Shown here piece after piece: positions 59,401 through 64,000 of a stretch of 64,000 nt of DNA. This stretch comes from Acidimicrobiia bacterium (GTDB taxonomy: Bacteria; Actinomycetota; Acidimicrobiia; Acidimicrobiales; JANYDT01), in contig JAYSSR010000014.1 of NCBI GenBank assembly GCA_043720395.1, forward strand, positions 14,568 through 78,567. Direction: 5' to 3'. A program made the translations under genes and the position numbers. Every line of letters starts with the position of its first letter. Position 1 is the first letter of the stretch. Below the pieces are notes generated by a model, which saw nothing but the letters and a program-made list of their open reading frames with translations, made no database searches and had not been told where the DNA came from.

Positions 59401-62400
59401 GGATGAGAACGTGAGCTGTGTCACCCACCCGGTAGGACGCGCGATCGGCCTCAATGGTGAGCGTCGGCTGATCCTCGTAGCTGGCCCAGGCGACGTAGCC
59501 GGGCCCTACGGCGTAGGTCGTCAGGCCGCTCTCGATGGCGTTGCCCAGCTCGTCGGTGCCGTACACGCGCAGTTCGTACATGCCCGCGGCGGGCGGCGTG
59601 ACCGAGACCTCAACCGGCTTGACGTCCGTGATGATCTGCTTCGTGTCAACGGTGTTGACGCGGTAGCTGCCGACCGTCGATGTCGTGCCGTCATCGTTCT
59701 GACGGGTGGCCAGCGTCCACTCCCAGCGCACCAGTTCGACCGTCGCCTTCTTGCCGACGAAACGTTTCGCGTCGGGCGTCACCGAGACGATCTGCGCACG
59801 TAGTGGTTTGCCCGCCTGCGGAAACGCCCCGACCGTCTTTACGCCGTAGTAGTACGTGCCGGGATGCACGAGCACCGACTTGCGGTCGGCGAACGTCTGA
59901 CGGCTGATGTCCGCCACATCGGACTCCACGACCACGTTGTAGGCCTCATGACGCGTCGCGACGGGAGGGATCGCGTGGCCGATCGTGAGGTGTCCAACAT
60001 CGTTGAGCGGGTCCTCAAGGCGCGCGAGCGCGTCCATATTGAAGGCACGCGGTCCGCAGTCGATGACGCTCGAGTCGAGACACGGAAACGTGAACGAGTA
60101 GTCAGCAAGGTCCTTGTCGCCGCTGCCGATCGAGGTGTAGGTGGAGTCCGGACGCAGGACCGTGACCTGTTGCGCACCGGCCATCGGTGCCCCGAACAGA
60201 TACCGAGCGTCGACATCGGCGTTGAGGACCTGCCCGCTGACGATCTCCGCCTTCTTGACCGTCACATCGACCACGAAGTCGGGCTTGCGGTACGACGTCA
60301 CAAGGAACGACGCAGAGACGCCCGGAGCGGACACGTAGTACTGACCCTGTGCACCACCCAACGGCACCTTGATCGTCGTATCGAACGCTCCCGTGTCGCT
60401 CACTTTCACCATCGTTTTCACGATCGTGAGGTCCTGCGGATCGGTGACCCGCAGTTCGACCTCCTTCAGATCCTTCGGGACACTCAGACCCGTCGCCGTC
60501 TCCGTGCGCAGCACACCCTTCAGGTGCGCCGTTTCGCCGAGTTTGTAGACGCCACGGTCGAGGAACATCGAACCGTTGCGACGCTCCCCGGGCTTGACGT
60601 CCCAGCCGGGCACGGTCGACTCGGAACTGGCCGATGGGCCCTCCTCGTACTCGCTGAACGACTCGTCGCCCCAGTCACGCCACCGCGACTGGGCGTAGGC
60701 AAGATCGCCCTTCGTCTCGACGATCGCAATCACCTCACACGTGGTGCATGTCTTTGCAGAGGGGGCGTCCGACAACACGAACCCGCTTGCATCGGTCGTC
60801 CCGCTGAAGAGTGGCTTCGACCCCTTCGCCGTGAACAGCTTCACCTTCGCTCCGCCGACCGCCTTCGACGTTGCGAGCGAGGTCACCGACACGTGGACGT
60901 TCACCGGCGAGACCTTCAACGTCACGCCGAGATCGGTGCGCTGCACCAGGACGCTGCTCCAGCCGAACCCATCGGGGCCGGTTCCCGACTTCTTTGCCTC
61001 GGCCCGCAACGTCTTCTCCGCCTTGTCGTCGGCCGTGGTCCACGGGCGACCGTCCTCGTTGTAGCGGCTGCCTGCCCGGTATGTCGCGGCGCGGACACCG
61101 ACCAGCGTCACACCCTTCGCACCCTTCTTGCCTACCGGGAGCGACTGCGCCTTCGGCTCATCGATCGGTGTCGAGATCTTCACCCGCGAGGACTTCTCGG
61201 CGTCCAAATTCAACGGCGTTGACTTGGGGTACGCCGCGTAGCTGCGGACAACGTCCACGAGTTCGTTCGCCGAAAGCGTCCGCTCGACCTTGTCGATCTC
61301 GGTGACGTTGGTGCTCCGGAGCCGGATGCCGCTCGCCGACGGAACCATGACGCGTTCGCCCGAACCGATCACCGCAAAGCCGCCGGAGCGACCGAAGCCG
61401 ACGGTGGTGATCGAGCGATAGCCGAGCGTCCGGGCGTGGGAGTCCGCCAGATTCGGATCGAGCGTGATGCGGTAGGTGCGACCCGGTTCCGACGTTGCCC
61501 AGTCGAAGGCAAGGGGACTGCGGTATTTATAGAGCGAGGAGTCGTCGGTGGTCTGCACCTCGCCGGCCGTCACGCCCGCGGGGAGCCGAAAGGTCTGGAT
61601 CTTGCCGGCCTTCCCGCCAGTCACATCCTGGATGCTGATGCGGTCGATCGCGCCGTTGATGGTCGGATCGAGACCGACCACCTCCACGCCGACGTCGTTC
61701 GACGGGCTGCACGCCACGTGGCAGCCAGTGGTGACAACGACCGGCGTGCGGAACGTGGGGATACGCCCGCTCGTGCGCTTGCGTCCGGGCAAGGGCCCTT
61801 CGAGGCTCCGGATACCAGCCTTGAACTCGACGCGGCCGACCGCGTCCACGGGAATGGCACCCTGTATCGCTAGCAGGTAGCACTGCCGTTGCTCGCCGGG
61901 CGCACACTGCCGCGTGCCCTTGCTCACCACGGCGAACGTGTTGACCGGATTGGGCCTTGCGCCGACAGCGTCGAGATAGGCGTTGAGCTTCGCAAGACCA
62001 GTCTTGTCCGCCTTCGCGATCAACGCGAGGTCGTCGCCGGTCGGCCGGTACCGGCTCGCCTTCACTGCTACTGGCCTATACACAACCGACGTTGCTGCGG
62101 CAAGGCTCTTGTCATCGACCGGCTGATCGCAGTCGATCATGAGCGTCTGACCGACGTCGTCGATCGCGCCGAGCGATTGACACAGCACGGTGGGGGTGGA
62201 AAACGTCGTGGTGAACGGCACGGCCAGCGTGGTGGCGTCGAGCGCCTTCAACGCGCTCACCGTCGCGCTGTACTTCGTGGAATTGGCGAGCTTGCCGGTC
62301 GGGGTGAACACCAGCATCCGCGTCGACGCCCACCGGAACTCGCCGCTCAGTGGCGGGTCGATCTTCACGAACGTCGAGGGACTTGGGCCACGATCCTCGC

Positions 62401-62707
62401 TCGTGAGTTCGACCACGGGGCGGTCGAAGAGCCATCGCAGCTCCGTGGACTCGCCGAGCGCCTTCAGCACACCCGTTGGTGCAGCGAAGGCGACGCTCAG
62501 CGTCGGCGAAGGCTTCGGGGACGCGAGTTTACCGTAGGACGCTGGGCGCCGGGTCGTGGTGGTCAGCTTGGCGGTCGTGTCCGTTGCCGCCGTCGCCCGG
62601 GCAGGGGTCACGCTCGGGAGGACGCTTGCCGCCGCCAACCCGACCGCAGCGACGGACAGCAGCCCGCGGCTCCTGGCGTGTCGTCCAGCCTTCGCAACTG
62701 CTTTCAC
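56456..62707 (-). CDS. Bacterial alpha-2-macroglobulin family protein (secreted, N-terminal Ig-like domain)
   Basis: DRGVY..GE, F....YRKPDF, AVDEGIL, YPFGCLEQ thioester motif, RDDR, A..EEMY.PE; GGAGG RBS before GTG 62707; signal peptide ending ARA. Confidence 0.92.
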   Translation of the reverse strand: MKAVAKAGRHARSRGLLSVAAVGLAAASVLPSVTPARATAATDTTAKLTTTTRRPASYGKLASPKPSPTLSVAFAAPTGVLKALGESTELRWLFDRPVVELTSEDRGPSPSTFVKIDPPLSGEFRWASTRMLVFTPTGKLANSTKYSATVSALKALDATTLAVPFTTTFSTPTVLCQSLGAIDDVGQTLMIDCDQPVDDKSLAAATSVVYRPVAVKASRYRPTGDDLALIAKADKTGLAKLNAYLDAVGARPNPVNTFAVVSKGTRQCAPGEQRQCYLLAIQGAIPVDAVGRVEFKAGIRSLEGPLPGRKRTSGRIPTFRTPVVVTTGCHVACSPSNDVGVEVVGLDPTINGAIDRISIQDVTGGKAGKIQTFRLPAGVTAGEVQTTDDSSLYKYRSPLAFDWATSEPGRTYRITLDPNLADSHARTLGYRSITTVGFGRSGGFAVIGSGERVMVPSASGIRLRSTNVTEIDKVERTLSANELVDVVRSYAAYPKSTPLNLDAEKSSRVKISTPIDEPKAQSLPVGKKGAKGVTLVGVRAATYRAGSRYNEDGRPWTTADDKAEKTLRAEAKKSGTGPDGFGWSSVLVQRTDLGVTLKVSPVNVHVSVTSLATSKAVGGAKVKLFTAKGSKPLFSGTTDASGFVLSDAPSAKTCTTCEVIAIVETKGDLAYAQSRWRDWGDESFSEYEEGPSASSESTVPGWDVKPGERRNGSMFLDRGVYKLGETAHLKGVLRTETATGLSVPKDLKEVELRVTDPQDLTIVKTMVKVSDTGAFDTTIKVPLGGAQGQYYVSAPGVSASFLVTSYRKPDFVVDVTVKKAEIVSGQVLNADVDARYLFGAPMAGAQQVTVLRPDSTYTSIGSGDKDLADYSFTFPCLDSSVIDCGPRAFNMDALARLEDPLNDVGHLTIGHAIPPVATRHEAYNVVVESDVADISRQTFADRKSVLVHPGTYYYGVKTVGAFPQAGKPLRAQIVSVTPDAKRFVGKKATVELVRWEWTLATRQNDDGTTSTVGSYRVNTVDTKQIITDVKPVEVSVTPPAAGMYELRVYGTDELGNAIESGLTTYAVGPGYVAWASYEDQPTLTIEADRASYRVGDTAHVLIRSPWEKAEGILTIERGGVLLAKRFSVTSSASAIDVPIDENARPNEFATVTLFAPPARARTVGSGGGTSTTGAPDTGAELNQANPQLLSAIVELSVPPVDRSLEVKVATSSKSYLPGADTTVDISVADAAGKAPAASEVTLWAVDEGILRLTGYTTPDLLAELYRARSNEVVTSDSRMRLAVIESDEKGDESVGSPSPGGGGGDSASTDVIRTDFRTLAVWSGAVKIGADGKASVPVKLPESLTAYRILAVATSGADRFGSTTGAVEVRKPFMLQPAVPRFSNVGDKFEAGVVVFNRTGTTGPVTVVATPDSGSAALGSVAPQTVTVPSVGDKPVEVRFTFTAAKAGQAKVVFSGSAGATGTPAARDAVSVSFPTTLTQRLAVVATSGTVTVSGGKTASAPTERIFTPPDALPGIGGLEVAASTSALAGLQNSIAALVEYPFGCLEQRTSRIRILLELSKLDRSFVLPELSKTRIDRVLVTEIRALRQFSTSSGGLSYWPGTDVADPFLTARTLVLLGDAKVAKLPVPAGMIRALTKALQGSVGKVVNDNPDESWRYDSEFDLGPVRSLAAFALARAGKPESALVDSLYDVRFELPFTERVNLLRAMLEAGETGERPNAMYADVLSSVRIENERAYVEDGYSYDNWPGLSYLDGGPTNSVVNTGSLLSLMTRTDPKHPLVAKLAKWLVDARTGGAWENTLENGVALTGLLDVATLAEVGNPDVRAHIALGTLDVLSSDFTGRSLDVQSKATGIERTIAAGRDFVASASGNGTVYWSARLRYAVPPARLKAIDQGFTLERKYTKYVPPSVGAGSVPSPSTTPTTVAAGRGTSTTVKPVTAGLDNVTFTAGDLVQVTLRITTAQRRNNVAVEDLLPAGLEALNAQLATTSAENIRNTSEGASDSEATDTSPWAAGINHTEIRDDRVLLFATALDPGSFTYTYVARATAPGSFVAPPAQVEEMYHPEVLGRTRASSVTIRPPAKP

Positions 62708-62903
62708 AATGCCTCCTCGAGTTCCGTCGTCCGTACGATCATCCCATCGGCATCCCCGCGCCGGAGGGTTACCCCCGTGAACACGGGACGCTTGCCGCCC
62801 CGGCGAGGTGATCGACGCACTATTGGACGTGCCGAGTCGCCTCGCTGGTTCCAGCACTTCGACCTGGCCCTCCAGACGAAGTCACACCGCTATCGTGGCC
62901 ACC

Positions 62904-64000
62904 GTGGACAACCAACGCCGACCGGCACGCATCCATAGCGTAAGCATGAGCTGCATTCGCGGGTTTGAGAACGTTGAAATGCTACTTCCGGACCGTGTGG
63001 CGGTCCTCATAGGTAAGAACGGAACGAACAAGACGACCTTCCTCCGGACGCTTGCCATGTCGCTCGCCGGACCGGCGGATGGTCAGGCCCTTCTCTCCTT
63101 GCCGGTCGGTCCGTTTCTGCGGTCGGGGGAATCGGCCGGTGACGTAGCGCTTCGGCTTAGCGGCGAAGGCAGGATCGACCTGCGGCTCAGCCATGGCACG
63201 ACGGTGTTCCTGGACCCCACGGGCAAAGGTCATTCTCGCACCGAGCAATCTGAGCGTATCGAGATGCTCGCCGCCGATCCGCTTATCCTCAGCACAGCGT
63301 TCGTCGCTGGATACGGGATCGGTCGCGGCATGATCGGGTCCGACAGCGGTCGTGGCTACCGCGTTCTCGACTCGGTTCTTTCGTTGTTCGACTACCGCCA
63401 AGAACTGATCGATCCCGAACTCACCCTTCGACGCCTTCGTGACCACCTGGGCTCCGACAAGTACGAACAGTCGCTCATCGGTATCCGTCGAGTTCTTGGG
63501 CTCACTGCCGACGACGAAGTCGTCCTTGCCAAGGGCGGCGGGGTGGCGTTGCGTGGTCCGTCGGTTGGCAATACCGAGATCCCGCTGGCAGCGTGGGCCG
63601 ATGGCTACCGACTCACGTTCACGTGGTTACTCGACCTCTTCGCACGAGCGATTCAAGCCGATGCGATAAACGAGAAGGGGAACGTCGAAGGCATCGTGTT
63701 GGTCGACGAAATCGACCAGCACCTCCACCCGTCCCTTCAGGGCACGGTGGTCCGGGACCTCTCGACGTTGCTGCCGGACGCGCAGCTCATCATGACTACC
63801 CACAGTCCGCTTGTTGCGCTCGGAGCCACGCCCGACCAGCTGATCGTGCTCCAACGCCGCGAAAACCGGATCGAGGTCGAGCCCAACATTCCCGACTATC
63901 GGACTTGGACCGTTCAGGACATGCTCGGCGACGATCGACTTTTTGACACGCCCGTCTATGCCCCGGCGTTCGAGCAGACGCGTCTCGAATACCAGTCGCT
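62904..64000 (+). CDS. ABC-type ATPase (AAA_21/COG3950, PtuA-like), 3'-truncated; absent from the ORF track
   Basis: Manual translation, open to the window end: RIHSVSMSCIRGF, Walker A GKNGTNKT, AWADGYR, IVLVDEIDQHLHP, TTHSP; leaderless TATCGT-N7-GTG. Confidence 0.85.
   Translation, partial: MDNQRRPARIHSVSMSCIRGFENVEMLLPDRVAVLIGKNGTNKTTFLRTLAMSLAGPADGQALLSLPVGPFLRSGESAGDVALRLSGEGRIDLRLSHGTTVFLDPTGKGHSRTEQSERIEMLAADPLILSTAFVAGYGIGRGMIGSDSGRGYRVLDSVLSLFDYRQELIDPELTLRRLRDHLGSDKYEQSLIGIRRVLGLTADDEVVLAKGGGVALRGPSVGNTEIPLAAWADGYRLTFTWLLDLFARAIQADAINEKGNVEGIVLVDEIDQHLHPSLQGTVVRDLSTLLPDAQLIMTTHSPLVALGATPDQLIVLQRRENRIEVEPNIPDYRTWTVQDMLGDDRLFDTPVYAPAFEQTRLEYQS

Noticed and set aside
62710-62900. Retron msr-msd ncRNA upstream of the PtuA-like ATPase
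   Set aside because: No clear a1/a2 inverted repeats and no reverse transcriptase in the window

Overview
High-GC bacterial chromosomal DNA, most likely an actinobacterium (Acidimicrobiia-like; inferred from an F420-dependent LLM enzyme, an Rv2466c-like protein and many leaderless TANNNT-ATG starts). About 50 CDS; no rRNA, tRNA, CRISPR array or transposase was recognised. Left arm (1.3-18 kb): an aromatic catabolic region with a flavin monooxygenase, Liv-type ABC importer, VOC dioxygenase, two-subunit hydroquinone dioxygenase, maleylacetate reductase and CatIJ-type CoA transferase, interrupted by a glycosyltransferase pair. Middle: mixed metabolic genes (ThDP enzyme, short MetE, amidase, cyclase-STAND-TPR protein, nhaA, ClC, zwf/gnd, pobA, lone Flp pilin, trehalase, TetR-DrrAB). 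Right end: a deaminase translationally coupled to a GGDEF-ribbon-helix-helix fusion behind two CATAnnTATG boxes (best candidate for an undescribed system), a thioester alpha-2-macroglobulin, and a PtuA/COG3950-like ATPase absent from the ORF track that runs off the window. At least six kinds of palindromic intergenic element occur, and one sits in frame inside the ClC gene. All calls come from motif recognition by eye; no searches were run.
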